Counted from the first letter of the stretch, positions 20,295 through 30,375 are shown. The stretch: DNA of 64,000 bases from Oscillospiraceae bacterium (GCA_015068155.1 SVLC01000002.1:12653-76652), one strand, 5' to 3'. Numbers and translations are program-made. Notes: a model not told the origin generated them from the sequence alone.

Positions 20295-21128
20295 TCATAG
20301 GGCATTATCTAAACTTCCCTTACTTTTTCTTCGTTTTTGAATGCGGTTTATCACAATTACGCAGACTATGCATACAACGGCAAACAAGCAGTACGTGTGT
20401 ATGATCTGCACGAAAATAGGTTTATAGTAGTTCGCCTGAGCCGGTATGTCAGCAATCAATCTTTGGTATGCCAATTCGGCGACGAGATCATTTTTCGAGA
20501 GCAACTGACTTACGATGGTCTGTTCACCGTCTATTGGATACTTCGCAAGGGAGCCGGAGATTCTAAAGTGTGTTTCACCCAGTTGAAACATGATCTCCCG
20601 CAGGTCGCCTTCATAATAGCGATACACCATGGAGCCGCGTTGAATATAGCCGGATTCCTCAGTGCCAAGGTGGCGCATATCGGACATATCCGTCGGCCTC
20701 GCTAAAAAATCATTTTCATCAGGCAGAATTCCTCTAAAGTAACTTTTATCATCAACAATTTGTAAAGACAATTTAACTTTATTCCGATCGATCAAACGAT
20801 AGGTAACATCCTCGTACCTATAAAAGAATTGATTTACAAACCTATTGAAATCGAGAATATTTGTATACATATGTCCGCTGTAGTCAAACCACCCTTTGCC
20901 AAGGCAATCACCGGAATATGCATAATCAAAAAAAACCCCAAGTACCTTAATGTCCTCATATTCCACAAAGCCGTATGCTGGTTTTTCATTGCGGACAGCA
21001 CCTTCATATTCCTCATAGGAATCAATGATAAAGCACTCAACAGTGGTCGCCCGGGTATTTGTAGGATTCAATAACACTGCAGAAATCAGCAAAAGCACAC
21101 ACAGCAGACGCAAAACCGTTTTCTTCAT
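20295..21128 (-). CDS. Hypothetical exported protein with a C-terminal membrane anchor
   Basis: Signal peptide MKKTVLRLLCVLLLISAVLL, C-terminal TM plus basic tail. More AT-rich than its flanks. Confidence 0.75.
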   Translation of the reverse strand: MKKTVLRLLCVLLLISAVLLNPTNTRATTVECFIIDSYEEYEGAVRNEKPAYGFVEYEDIKVLGVFFDYAYSGDCLGKGWFDYSGHMYTNILDFNRFVNQFFYRYEDVTYRLIDRNKVKLSLQIVDDKSYFRGILPDENDFLARPTDMSDMRHLGTEESGYIQRGSMVYRYYEGDLREIMFQLGETHFRISGSLAKYPIDGEQTIVSQLLSKNDLVAELAYQRLIADIPAQANYYKPIFVQIIHTYCLFAVVCIVCVIVINRIQKRRKSKGSLDNAL

Positions 21129-21181
21129 CAACCATACCTCTCTTTCCATACAAACTGGGGCAGTCTAGTTAATGGTAAGTC

Positions 21182-21889
21182 CTAGTTTTTTTCCTGTTCA
21201 CTACTGATTCTGTGATTCCTTTTACGAATTACAACAACGGTAGTTAATAATACCAATCCCACGCCCAACATGGAAATACAACATACCAGGAAAATAGGAA
21301 CACACTCCCAAAGCACACATTCTACACCATCGGATATGCGAACAAGCTTAGTATAACTGCCCCATCGTAATAATTCGTGATTTATAAACCAGTGTTTTGC
21401 CACATATGTTGTGTCCTGTATAACTTGTGTGTTGGCTGTAAGCTGATTATACATTGCATCATCCGATGTTTCCTCAGACAAAACTGTACCATTCTGATCT
21501 AAAACCCGTATCGTGTTGCTTCGAACGAAATACACTGCAATGTTATCATCCACCCAGGATACAGCAATCGATCCTGGATTGTTGACAGAATATCCATAGA
21601 GATAGTTTCCATCAGAGTCGTAAACAGCAATCAGATTGTTTGTCAAATAACTACCAGAAACTGCGAAACAACCAGAGGGGCTAATTGCATAGTTTGCAAA
21701 TCCCAAAAGAAATTTGGGTTCCGAAGATAACATATCCACTTTACCCATATTGTTTTCTTGCGCACCATTTCGGTCTTCTTCGCTCATGTCTTCTGTTAAA
21801 AAACCGGTATTCATTGCGCTTGCTTCAATCGTGCTTGCCAATAGAACAATCACAAGCATAACACACAAAACCAAATATCTTCTTTTCAT
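21182..21889 (-). CDS. Hypothetical exported, membrane-anchored beta-rich protein
   Basis: Signal peptide, propeller-like blades (YAISPSG, IAVYDSDGNYLY, RVLDQNGTVL) and a C-terminal TM. Confidence 0.78.
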   Translation of the reverse strand: MKRRYLVLCVMLVIVLLASTIEASAMNTGFLTEDMSEEDRNGAQENNMGKVDMLSSEPKFLLGFANYAISPSGCFAVSGSYLTNNLIAVYDSDGNYLYGYSVNNPGSIAVSWVDDNIAVYFVRSNTIRVLDQNGTVLSEETSDDAMYNQLTANTQVIQDTTYVAKHWFINHELLRWGSYTKLVRISDGVECVLWECVPIFLVCCISMLGVGLVLLTTVVVIRKRNHRISSEQEKN

Positions 21890-21946
21890 TTACACATCAC
21901 CACCCAATCATCTAATCTTTACGCAGCGTTATTTAGGTTTTCGAAA

Positions 21947-22306
21947 TCACTCCGCGTTCCACCATGCATTGGGGTCGTCCGGGTAGTGCCGATAATGCTC
22001 TTTGAAATCCTCATATGACAGCACCACAGGTTTATCCATAACCGCCAGCGGATGTCCCTCTTGTGTATAGTCATTATTCACATGAACGACCGTCACATGC
22101 TGGTCAGGTAAGATATACATCAGTAAAGTTGTGCCGCTTCCCATATCGGCATCCGGTTCTCCCATAAGATCAAAAAGATCTTCAATAGTCATACCAACCT
22201 CGATGGAATCCACTTTCTCCTGCCAGGATTTTTCCCGCTTCAGCTCACAGCCAAGCAAAGGAAGCAAAAGAATCATGCACAGAATGACAGCAACTGTCCT
22301 TTTCAT
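21947..22306 (-). CDS. Hypothetical lipoprotein (SmpA/BLIP-like motif)
   Basis: Lipobox LLGC and the motif IEVGMTIEDLFDLMGEPD; GGGGAG RBS. Confidence 0.75.
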   Translation of the reverse strand: MKRTVAVILCMILLLPLLGCELKREKSWQEKVDSIEVGMTIEDLFDLMGEPDADMGSGTTLLMYILPDQHVTVVHVNNDYTQEGHPLAVMDKPVVLSYEDFKEHYRHYPDDPNAWWNAE

Positions 22307-22504
22307 ATTCGTACTCCCCCTTATCCATACAGTATTCCATAGATAATATATCACATTTTCCACAACATGTCAACACATGCACCCCCCCGGAGAACGGTTT
22401 TTGGAATTATTTCCGGCAAAAAGCAGAATTTATGTTGCAAATTTCGATACGATGGGTTATAATGACCCATTATAGGAATTTTCACCAAAGAGAGGTTTTG
22501 AAAT

Positions 22505-24187
22505 ATGGCTGAAATCACCGAAAGCAAGAATTTCATCCACGCATTCATCGACGAGGATATCGCCGAGGGCGGCCGCTATGAGGGCGCCACCGTTCACACC
22601 CGTTTCCCTCCCGAGCCCAACGGCTATCTGCACATCGGTCACTGCAAGGCCCTGATCATCGACTTCGGCACCGCCGAAAAGTATAACGGTCTGTGCAACC
22701 TGCGTATGGACGACACCAACCCCACCAAGGAAGATGTGGAGTTCGTCGAAGCCATCAAAGAGGACATCCACTGGCTGGGCTTCGACTGGGGCGACCGGTT
22801 CTTCTACGGCTCCGACTACTTCGAAAAGGACTACGAATTTGCCGTGGAACTGATCAAGAAGGGCCTGGCTTATGTCTGCGAGCTGACCCCCGAGCAGGCA
22901 AAGGAAATGCGCGGCGACCTGAACACCCCTGCCACTTCCCCTTTCCGGGACCGTCCCATTGAGGAGAGCCTGGATCTGTTCGCCCGTATGCGCGCCGGTG
23001 AATTCGAGGACAACAAGTACACTCTGCGGGCCAAGATCGATCTGGCATCCGGCAACTTCAATATGCGCGACCCGGTCATTTACCGCATCCGCCATATGCA
23101 CCATCACCGCCAGGGCGATAAGTGGTGCATCTATCCCATGTACGACTTTGCCCACCCCATTCAGGACGCGCTGGAGGGTATCACCCATTCTCTGTGCTCC
23201 TTGGAGTTTGAGAACCACAGACCGCTGTATAACTGGGTCGTGGAAAATGTCAGTGTGCCCCATCATCCCCGGCAGATCGAGTTTGCCCGTTTGGGCATCG
23301 ACCACACGGTGCTTTCCAAGCGTTATCTGCGCGCCCTGGTAGAGGAAGGCTTTGTGGCCGGCTGGGATGATCCCAGAATGCCCACCCTTTGCGGTATGCG
23401 CCGCCGCGGCTTCACCCCTGCCTCCATCCGCAACTTCTGTGAACGGGTAGGCGTTGCCAAGAGTCCCAATACCATTCCCCTGGCATTCCTGGACTTCTGC
23501 CTGCGTGAGGATCTGAACGAGTCTGCCGCCCGTGTCATGGGCGTACTCAAGCCCATCAAGCTGACCATCACCAACTATCCCGAAGGTCAGAGCGAAACCA
23601 TGGAAGTGGAGAACAATCCCAATCGTCCGGAAGACGGCAACCGCTTGGTCACCTTCTCCCGCAATCTGTGGATCGAGGCAGATGACTTCCTGGCCGAACC
23701 CATCCCCAAGTACAAGCGTTTGTTCCCGGGTGGCCCCGAGTGCCGCCTGAAGGGCGCCTATGTGATCCAGTGTATCGGCTATAACACCGACGAAAACGGC
23801 AATGTGGTGGAGGTTTTGGCCACTTATGATCCCAACTCCCGAGGCGGCGATCCCGCTGACGGCCGCAAGATCAAGGGCGCTACCATCCACTGGGTAGACG
23901 CTGAGACCGCTGTGGATGCGGAAGTCCGTCTGTATGACAACCTGTTTAATGCGGAAAGCCCCGACACCTCCAGCATGGAGGGCCTGGTGAAGGATCTGAA
24001 CCCCAACTCTTTGGAGATCCTGCAGGGTTGTAAGCTGGAATCCTCCCTGCGTGATGCCCAGCCCGGCCAAAGCTTCCAGTTTATGCGCCTTGGCTACTTC
24101 ACCCCCGACAGCAAGGATTCCTCCCCTGACCACTTGGTGTTCAACCGCAGCGTCAGTTTGAAGGACTCCTTCAAGCCCGGTAAATAA
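22505..24187 (+). CDS. glnS: Glutamine--tRNA ligase
   Basis: TRFPPEPNGYLHIGH, DDTNP, WCIYPMYDFAH, LSKR, FQFMRLGYF. Confidence 0.98.
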   Translation: MAEITESKNFIHAFIDEDIAEGGRYEGATVHTRFPPEPNGYLHIGHCKALIIDFGTAEKYNGLCNLRMDDTNPTKEDVEFVEAIKEDIHWLGFDWGDRFFYGSDYFEKDYEFAVELIKKGLAYVCELTPEQAKEMRGDLNTPATSPFRDRPIEESLDLFARMRAGEFEDNKYTLRAKIDLASGNFNMRDPVIYRIRHMHHHRQGDKWCIYPMYDFAHPIQDALEGITHSLCSLEFENHRPLYNWVVENVSVPHHPRQIEFARLGIDHTVLSKRYLRALVEEGFVAGWDDPRMPTLCGMRRRGFTPASIRNFCERVGVAKSPNTIPLAFLDFCLREDLNESAARVMGVLKPIKLTITNYPEGQSETMEVENNPNRPEDGNRLVTFSRNLWIEADDFLAEPIPKYKRLFPGGPECRLKGAYVIQCIGYNTDENGNVVEVLATYDPNSRGGDPADGRKIKGATIHWVDAETAVDAEVRLYDNLFNAESPDTSSMEGLVKDLNPNSLEILQGCKLESSLRDAQPGQSFQFMRLGYFTPDSKDSSPDHLVFNRSVSLKDSFKPGK

Positions 24188-24192
24188 AAGAT

Positions 24193-24220
24193 AAGAGCCG
24201 CCCGGCCGGGCGGCTCTTTT
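24193..24220. terminator. Terminator between the convergent glnS and reductase genes
   Basis: AAGAGCCGCCC/GGGCGGCTCTT stem followed by TTT. Confidence 0.8.
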
Positions 24221-24225
24221 ACTGT

Positions 24226-25233
24226 TTACTTACCAAATACTGCCGATACCTTTTTCAGCATTTCGCGAATCGGCAGATTGTAGGGGCAGCGCTCCTCACA
24301 CAGACCGCAATCGACGCAGTCAGACGCCGTCTTGGGCATAGCCAGATATCGGCCTGCGGCCCAATCCTGCAGGCCATAGCGGTTATAATAGCCTTCAAAG
24401 AGGAATGCGCCGGAAATATTGATACCTGCGGTACAAGGCTGGCAGTAATTGCAGCGACGGCAGAAATTGGTGCCCAATTCCTGACGGATCTTCTGCATAG
24501 CGGCCAGTTCCGGCTCCGTCAAAGGACTTTCATCATTCACTGCGGCAATATTCTGTTCCACCTCGGAAACATCTGCCATGCCGGGGATCACCACGGTCAC
24601 CGCCGGATTGGCGCAAATATACCGCATAGCCAGGGTGGCATCGGTGATGGCGCCGCCAGCCAGGGGCTTCATGCAAATAAAGCCGATGTTCTTCCGGGCG
24701 CACTGCGCGATCAGCTCTTCGGCCTGGGTCTCCACAATATTGTAAGGGAACATGATCGTCTCGACCCAATCCAGCTCCAGTGCGCGCTTAAACAGGTTCA
24801 CATCATGCAGGGTGATGCCAATGTGGCCGATCTTACCCTCTGCGCGGGCCTGCAGCAGCGCCTCCAAAGCGCCACCGGGGGCAAGGACCTGCTCCAGCTG
24901 TGCGGCGTTGGGATTATGGACCTGATACAGATCGATATAGTCAGTACGCAGATTTTTCAAGCTGATATCGATATCCTTCTGCATACCTTCTTTGTCGCGG
25001 GCCATGGATTTGGTGGCCAAAACAAAGCGGTCGCGAATACCCTCCAGGGCATAACCCAGATATTCTTCCGAAACAGTGTAGCCACGGGCCGTATCGATAT
25101 AATTCACGCCTGCATCCATAAGCTTGTGCATCAGCACCTTGGTGCCCTCTGCATCGATGCGCTGGATGGGAATGCCGCCGAAGCCCATGCCGGAAATCTT
25201 CAAACCGGTTTTACCAAGAATTCTGTACTGCAT
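24226..25233 (-). CDS. Aldo/keto reductase with a C-terminal 4Fe-4S dicluster domain
   Basis: LGKTGLKIS, YIDTARGY, LRTDYIDLY, CRRCNYCQPC and CVDCGLCEERCP. Confidence 0.92.
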   Translation of the reverse strand: MQYRILGKTGLKISGMGFGGIPIQRIDAEGTKVLMHKLMDAGVNYIDTARGYTVSEEYLGYALEGIRDRFVLATKSMARDKEGMQKDIDISLKNLRTDYIDLYQVHNPNAAQLEQVLAPGGALEALLQARAEGKIGHIGITLHDVNLFKRALELDWVETIMFPYNIVETQAEELIAQCARKNIGFICMKPLAGGAITDATLAMRYICANPAVTVVIPGMADVSEVEQNIAAVNDESPLTEPELAAMQKIRQELGTNFCRRCNYCQPCTAGINISGAFLFEGYYNRYGLQDWAAGRYLAMPKTASDCVDCGLCEERCPYNLPIREMLKKVSAVFGK

Positions 25234-25247
25234 GATCTATGTACTCC

Positions 25248-25886
25248 TTATCCTTCATCTTTCATTTGCGCCTGCAGGTGCATGCTTAGCACCGCAAGAG
25301 ATGTGGCCATATTCTCATTTTGTACCAGGATATGGTCCGGAACCTCCAGGTGGACAGGCGCAAAATTCCAAATCGCCCGAATGCCACTTTCGATCAACCG
25401 TTCACACGCCTGCTGGGCCTGGTTTGCCGGGACAGTCAGGATGCCCATGCAGATCTTATGCCTACGGCAGAAGGTTTTCAGCTGATCCATCGGAAGAACG
25501 GGCTGGCCGGATTCCGCGCGATCCACGGACGGTTTTATATCAAAAGCAGCCAGGATATCCAGGCCATAGGACGCAAAGCCTCCATAGCCCAGCAGCGCCA
25601 ATCCCAGTTTACCGGCGCCAACCAGAACTGCATGATTGGTATTATCATACCCCAAAAACCGTTCAATGTCAAGAATCAGCCGTTCCCGCTCATAGCCCAC
25701 CTTCGGTCTGCCGCCATTGGAAACGGATGCCAGATCTTTTCGAACCTGAACCTCGCCCATACCTAACGCATTGGCCAGTGAGGTAGCGGAAATGTATGGC
25801 GATGCGGTATCCGGAATGCCTCTGAGATAATTCAGATAGCAGGGCAAACGTTTTAGAACCGCTTTCGAAATCCCCTTCTTTTCCAT
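25248..25886 (-). CDS. rex: Redox-sensing transcriptional repressor, Rex family (paralog type)
   Basis: RLPCY, QVRKDLA, GRPKVGY, VGAGKLG, IWNFAP. Start moved to MEKKGISK. Confidence 0.88.
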   Translation of the reverse strand: MEKKGISKAVLKRLPCYLNYLRGIPDTASPYISATSLANALGMGEVQVRKDLASVSNGGRPKVGYERERLILDIERFLGYDNTNHAVLVGAGKLGLALLGYGGFASYGLDILAAFDIKPSVDRAESGQPVLPMDQLKTFCRRHKICMGILTVPANQAQQACERLIESGIRAIWNFAPVHLEVPDHILVQNENMATSLAVLSMHLQAQMKDEG

Positions 25887-25987
25887 GAAATCGCGCACTC
25901 CTTTGATCATTGGCATTTCACATCGATTATATCGATAATTTATAATATCGATATTATCACGGATCGATTGATAAATCAAGTATAATC

Positions 25988-26695
25988 TTACGCGCAGCTT
26001 GTCTGTCGCAGCATTTCCTTTTTCAGTCGCGCCATAATTCGTTTTTCCAATCTGGAAATATAGGATTGCGAGATCCCCAGTTTCAGCGCGACCTCCTTCT
26101 GCGTCAATTCCTTCTGCCCTTCCAGGCCGTAGCGCATACAGATGATCTGACGCTCCCGTTCCGACAATTGCTGCAATGCCTGCCGCAGCAGCAAAAGATC
26201 CACCGCATCATCCAGTTGTCCTGTAACTACATTTTCATCCGTTCCCAGGATATCCGAAAGCAGAAGTTCGTTTCCGTCGCAGTCCATATTGATAGGTTCG
26301 TCCAGGGACACTTCCACCTTCTGCCCGGAGATCTTTCGGATATGCATCAATATCTCGTTTTCAATGCAGCGGGATGCGTAGGTGGCCAGTTTAATATTCT
26401 TATCCCGCCGATAAGTGCTGATCCCCTTGATCAATCCGATGGTGCCAATGGAGATCAGATCCTCCAGATTAACGCCTGTGTTCTCAAACCGTCTGGCAAT
26501 ATACACCACCAGGCGCAAATTATGTTCAATCAATAGCTGCTTTGCCTGATCGCTCCCCTGCTCCAAGCCTTCCAGCGCAGCCTGTTCTTCCGCTCCTTTC
26601 AGGGGCGGTGGCAGCACGTCACTGCCGCCGATGTAATAAATGCTTTGGCTCCGGCCCAACAGCAAAGCGCATATCTTCCAAAATAATCGTTTCAT
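25988..26695 (-). CDS. sigE: RNA polymerase sporulation sigma factor SigE
   Basis: Pro-sequence followed by [13 protein letters not shown]; [40 protein letters not shown]; directly after spoIIGA. Confidence 0.95.
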   Translation of the reverse strand: MKRLFWKICALLLGRSQSIYYIGGSDVLPPPLKGAEEQAALEGLEQGSDQAKQLLIEHNLRLVVYIARRFENTGVNLEDLISIGTIGLIKGISTYRRDKNIKLATYASRCIENEILMHIRKISGQKVEVSLDEPINMDCDGNELLLSDILGTDENVVTGQLDDAVDLLLLRQALQQLSERERQIICMRYGLEGQKELTQKEVALKLGISQSYISRLEKRIMARLKKEMLRQTSCA

Positions 26696-27465
26696 ACAGT
26701 TCCTCCTGCCAATGCTTCATATCCATCCCCAACGCCGATTTGCTGGGGTGCAAATGCCACGATCATATCTGCGGTTCTGTCGTTGATCTTAATGCTTTCT
26801 ACCTTCAACCCCAGCAGCATTCCTGCCGGCTGGCCAATGGCCGTATAGGGGATCAGCCGAAGGCCGGGATGAATTCCCCGGGAAATTGTTTCAATGGGAT
26901 GCGCCAAGGCCTGCCGATCCAACTGCAATAATTCCATCGCCGCCCGGGTATCTGCCACCAGTACAGGGCAACCGGTAACCGGATCCCGCAAGGTATTGCC
27001 AGTATCCAGCAAAGCTGACAGGCGCAGCGTCTTTCCGCCGTTGGAAATACACACATTCACCAATCTTCTTTTTCCAGTCTTTCCATAAAATGCCAGCGCG
27101 CAAAGCACCGCAAGCAAAAGCGCCGACAAAAAAACCGACCAAAAACCGCCGCTTCCCAGCATCGTTACAATGCCGCCCAGCGCCATGGTGAGAAAAATAA
27201 AAATCGCGCTCTGCTGCGCCAGAGAAGGTCGAATGCCAAACGCAACTACGGATACCGTAACCAGGCTTACAAAGCGCCAGAAAGGATGACCGAGGAAATA
27301 CAACCCCGGCAAAAGGCAGCCGCCTGCGTATAATCCGCCCAGAGCGGATGCAAAGACCAGTCTTTTCCCATCCGGCGCATGACCGGAAAACCGATCTGCG
27401 CTCCACAACAGAAGCAAGTCCACCCCAAAATTCAGCACCATTACCAGATCCATATACACATCCAT
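26692..27465 (-). CDS. spoIIGA: Sigma-E processing aspartic protease
   Basis: [15 protein letters not shown]-terminus, TM helices, catalytic [16 protein letters not shown]. Confidence 0.93.
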   Translation of the reverse strand: MDVYMDLVMVLNFGVDLLLLWSADRFSGHAPDGKRLVFASALGGLYAGGCLLPGLYFLGHPFWRFVSLVTVSVVAFGIRPSLAQQSAIFIFLTMALGGIVTMLGSGGFWSVFLSALLLAVLCALAFYGKTGKRRLVNVCISNGGKTLRLSALLDTGNTLRDPVTGCPVLVADTRAAMELLQLDRQALAHPIETISRGIHPGLRLIPYTAIGQPAGMLLGLKVESIKINDRTADMIVAFAPQQIGVGDGYEALAGGTV

Positions 27466-27635
27466 TGCCACACCTCCCTAAGAAGCATGGCACAAGTATA
27501 TCCCCATGACATCGAAAAGTTAGTCGCAACCGGACCCGGTTTTACCCCGCCGTTCCGTCAGCGAATGGGACATTCCACCACCGAATGGGTCATGGCGCAA
27601 AAAAACGGCAGCCGATGCACTCGGCTGCCGTACAG

Positions 27636-27830
27636 TTACGTCGAAGGATTTTCGGAACGTTCCACAGTTCGAATATTTTTTTCGGTTTTGAATCTTTGGC
27701 TCATCACCTCATGCCCACAACCCATACACCGCAGGCGAAAATCCGCCCCGGTTCGCAAAACCAGCCAACGGTCACTGCCGCAGGGGTGGGGTTTTTTCAT
27801 AACCAGAATGTCATTGATCCGAATATCCAT
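27636..27830 (-). CDS. DUF951 family protein
   Basis: MKKPHPCGS..W.VLRTGADFRLRCMGCGH. Confidence 0.9.
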   Translation of the reverse strand: MDIRINDILVMKKPHPCGSDRWLVLRTGADFRLRCMGCGHEVMSQRFKTEKNIRTVERSENPST

Positions 27831-27832
27831 AC

Positions 27833-29095
27833 CTATTTACCTTTGATCATATCCCAATAAGCCTTCGCTGCCTGCTCGGTTTTATTGGGACCGTATTCGT
27901 AATATCTTACCCCCACCAGATCATCCGGCAGGTATTGCTGGCGCACCCAATGATGGGGAAAGTCATGGGGATACAGATATCCCTGGGCCCGTTCCTGGGT
28001 ATAGGTATCCGCGTGCATATTCTGCAGCTGTCGGGGAAAATCCCCGCCTTTGCCCTTACGGATATCTTCCAGCGCAGCATCCAGCGCGATATGGCCGGAA
28101 TTGGATTTTGGGGAAGTAGCCATTAGCACAGCCACATCTCCCAATGGGATCCGGGCTTCCGGCATACCCAGCTTCAATGCCATATCCACCGCAGCATTGA
28201 CGATAGGAATGATCATTGGATATGCCAGGCCCACATCCTCGGCGGCGATCACCATCAGCCGGCGGCATGCAGCTTGCAATTGCCCGGCCTCCAACAGTCG
28301 CGCCAGATAATGGCAGGCCGCATCCGGATCGGAACCGCGGATGGATTTTTGAAGGGCCGAAAGCAGATCATAATAATTATCGCCGTCCCGGTCTGCGCGC
28401 ATTGCGCTCTTTTGGGAAACCACCTTGGCATCAGCCAGGGTCAGATCTATCCGGTTCTCCTGCGGAATTGCGGCGGAAAACAGGACTTCCACCGCATTTA
28501 TAGCCTTGCGAATGTCACCGCCGCAGGCACCTGCAATATACTCCAGCGCCCCATCCTCCACAGATGCTTTCAGCGCCGTACGGTTCTCCATAAATGAGAC
28601 CGCCCGCTTAACTGCCTGCAGGGCAGCGGACGCATCGATCTGCTTAAACTCGAAAATGGTCGAACGGCTCAAGATGGCGTTGAAAACATAAAAATAGGGA
28701 TTTTCTGTAGTGGATGCGATCAAAGTGATCTTTCCGTTTTCGATATACTCCAGCAGACTTTGCTGCTGCTTTTTATTGAAGGACTGGATCTCGTCCAGAT
28801 ACAGCAACACGCCGTTGGGGGCCATGAAGCTATCCAGTTCCGCAACGATCTGCTTGATGTCCGCCGTGGAGGCGGTGGTGGCGTTCAGCTTATACAGGGT
28901 GCGATTGGTCTGCTTGGCAATAATATTGGCAACGGTGGTTTTGCCGGTGCCGCTGGGGCCGTAGAAGACCATGTTGGGGATATTGCCGGAATCGATCAGG
29001 CGGCGCAGGATCGCACCTTCGCCCAAAATATGCGCTTGTCCGTAGACCTCATCCAAGGTGGTGGGCCGCAAAAGATCCGCAAGTGGCTGATACAT
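27833..29095 (-). CDS. rarA: Replication-associated recombination protein A (MgsA)
   Basis: PLADLLRP, GPSGTGKTT, LDEI, TTENPYF, KSIRGSDPDA, YLYPHDF. Start moved to MYQPLAD. Confidence 0.96.
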   Translation of the reverse strand: MYQPLADLLRPTTLDEVYGQAHILGEGAILRRLIDSGNIPNMVFYGPSGTGKTTVANIIAKQTNRTLYKLNATTASTADIKQIVAELDSFMAPNGVLLYLDEIQSFNKKQQQSLLEYIENGKITLIASTTENPYFYVFNAILSRSTIFEFKQIDASAALQAVKRAVSFMENRTALKASVEDGALEYIAGACGGDIRKAINAVEVLFSAAIPQENRIDLTLADAKVVSQKSAMRADRDGDNYYDLLSALQKSIRGSDPDAACHYLARLLEAGQLQAACRRLMVIAAEDVGLAYPMIIPIVNAAVDMALKLGMPEARIPLGDVAVLMATSPKSNSGHIALDAALEDIRKGKGGDFPRQLQNMHADTYTQERAQGYLYPHDFPHHWVRQQYLPDDLVGVRYYEYGPNKTEQAAKAYWDMIKGK

Positions 29096-29199
29096 ATCGC
29101 CACCTCCATTTTCGTTCATTTGTGCTATTATAGCACAACCAACTTTTTTCGTCAAGAATAAATATAGCAGCGGCGGCAAAAGCCGTCGCTGCTACAGAT

Positions 29200-29350
29200 G
29201 ATGAAGTGTCCGTGCCGATAGTACACTTGAGTCGCATACCATTGGCATCATGGGTATAGTTCCATGTGTAATACCCATCTGTCATGGTTGCCAATTGCCG
29301 GCCTTGTCTCCAGGTGTAGGACCACGTGCCCTCGTTGGTAAGGTTGCCGC
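29200..29350 (-). pseudogene. RHS/YD-repeat protein remnant
   Basis: Translates as GNLTNEGTWSYTWRQGRQLATMTDGYYTWNYTHDANGMRL, a typical clostridial RHS-core repeat. There is no credible start and no full gene. Confidence 0.8.
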
Positions 29351-29597
29351 ACAACACATAGAACCATCCCTCATGTCCATGTGCAACTCCAGGATTTTGA
29401 TATGCGGGGATAGCGGGATGCTACCCCCGCGGTTCAAGTACTTATGGATCAGGTCAAGACACAGAACCGTCCCCCGTCTTCCGAGATGGTATCGTTGCGT
29501 ACCTGCCTTAATGCGAGGTTCATAATACAGAGGAGTGATCCTCCGGTGAAGATTAAACCCACCGGGGGATATGACTACATTTTGGGGCATGGTGAAA

Positions 29598-30155
29598 TTA
29601 CAATCCCTCGATTTTAATGTAATAGATTGTCATGATTACTCCTGCAGCGAAACATATAATCGAAAGGACAAAGACAATTAGCACGATATAGTGCCAAGTG
29701 GGCATTTTATAAATTACTTCACCCTCGCTCAAAATTTGGATATAACCAAGAATATTTTTGCATTCATATTTACGGCCATCTTCCGTAGCAAAGGATCTAT
29801 TTCGCTGCATATTGAGAAACCGTCTTGCGTTCTCATCCTCGCTTTTTTCTATAACATTGCCGTATAAATCCATCTCATAAAGGACAGTAGACGTGCTCAG
29901 TATAAGATTGTCACCATCTTCTATGGTAAACGCAAAGCTGCGGGATGTTCCGGTGGTGATCGTCCTAATTAGAGCGCCATCTGAATAGACAGAGATTTGA
30001 TGGTCTAATCCAAGGTATAGATTGCCACTCGAATCGACGGCAAAACCACAATAACCCAATAAAACAGTATGGGTTATTGTGAGGAACCAACAAATCGACG
30101 TACCAATAAATCCAATTACCCCCAACACCATAAAGAAAAGCTGTTTTTTAATCAT
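29598..30155 (-). CDS. Hypothetical membrane protein (two TM, beta-rich external loop)
   Basis: N- and C-terminal TM helices with FAVDSSGNLYLG and ISVYSDG blades; AT-rich. Confidence 0.78.
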   Translation of the reverse strand: MIKKQLFFMVLGVIGFIGTSICWFLTITHTVLLGYCGFAVDSSGNLYLGLDHQISVYSDGALIRTITTGTSRSFAFTIEDGDNLILSTSTVLYEMDLYGNVIEKSEDENARRFLNMQRNRSFATEDGRKYECKNILGYIQILSEGEVIYKMPTWHYIVLIVFVLSIICFAAGVIMTIYYIKIEGL

Positions 30156-30333
30156 ATGCTATTCTCTATTTCTTGATTTGGATTGGTTGAAAAAATATAA
30201 GATAGCAAAATGTCAACCATATGCATTAGACTATCTCGCACAGAACTGGAATTTTCTGCCTATGCTATTTTTATTGTAGCACACCTTCTTCATGTTTACA
30301 ACCCCAAATCTGTTGGGTTTTTATAAAAAAGGC

Positions 30334-30362
30334 TTGCATTTTCCATATCAAAGTGCTATTAT
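30334..30362 (+). promoter_or_regulatory. SigA-type promoter for the pheST leader
   Basis: TTGCAT-N17-TATTAT with a TG extension. Confidence 0.7.
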
Positions 30363-30375
30363 TTGCATGATATGC

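Noticed and set aside
27480-27600. Spo0A boxes upstream of spoIIGA
   Set aside because: Expected from known regulation, but only weak TGNCGAA-like matches are visible, so the call is not supportable.
29282-29590. 102-aa minus-strand ORF
   Set aside because: It crosses several hairpins, has no RBS or recognisable domain, and is out of frame with the RHS remnant.
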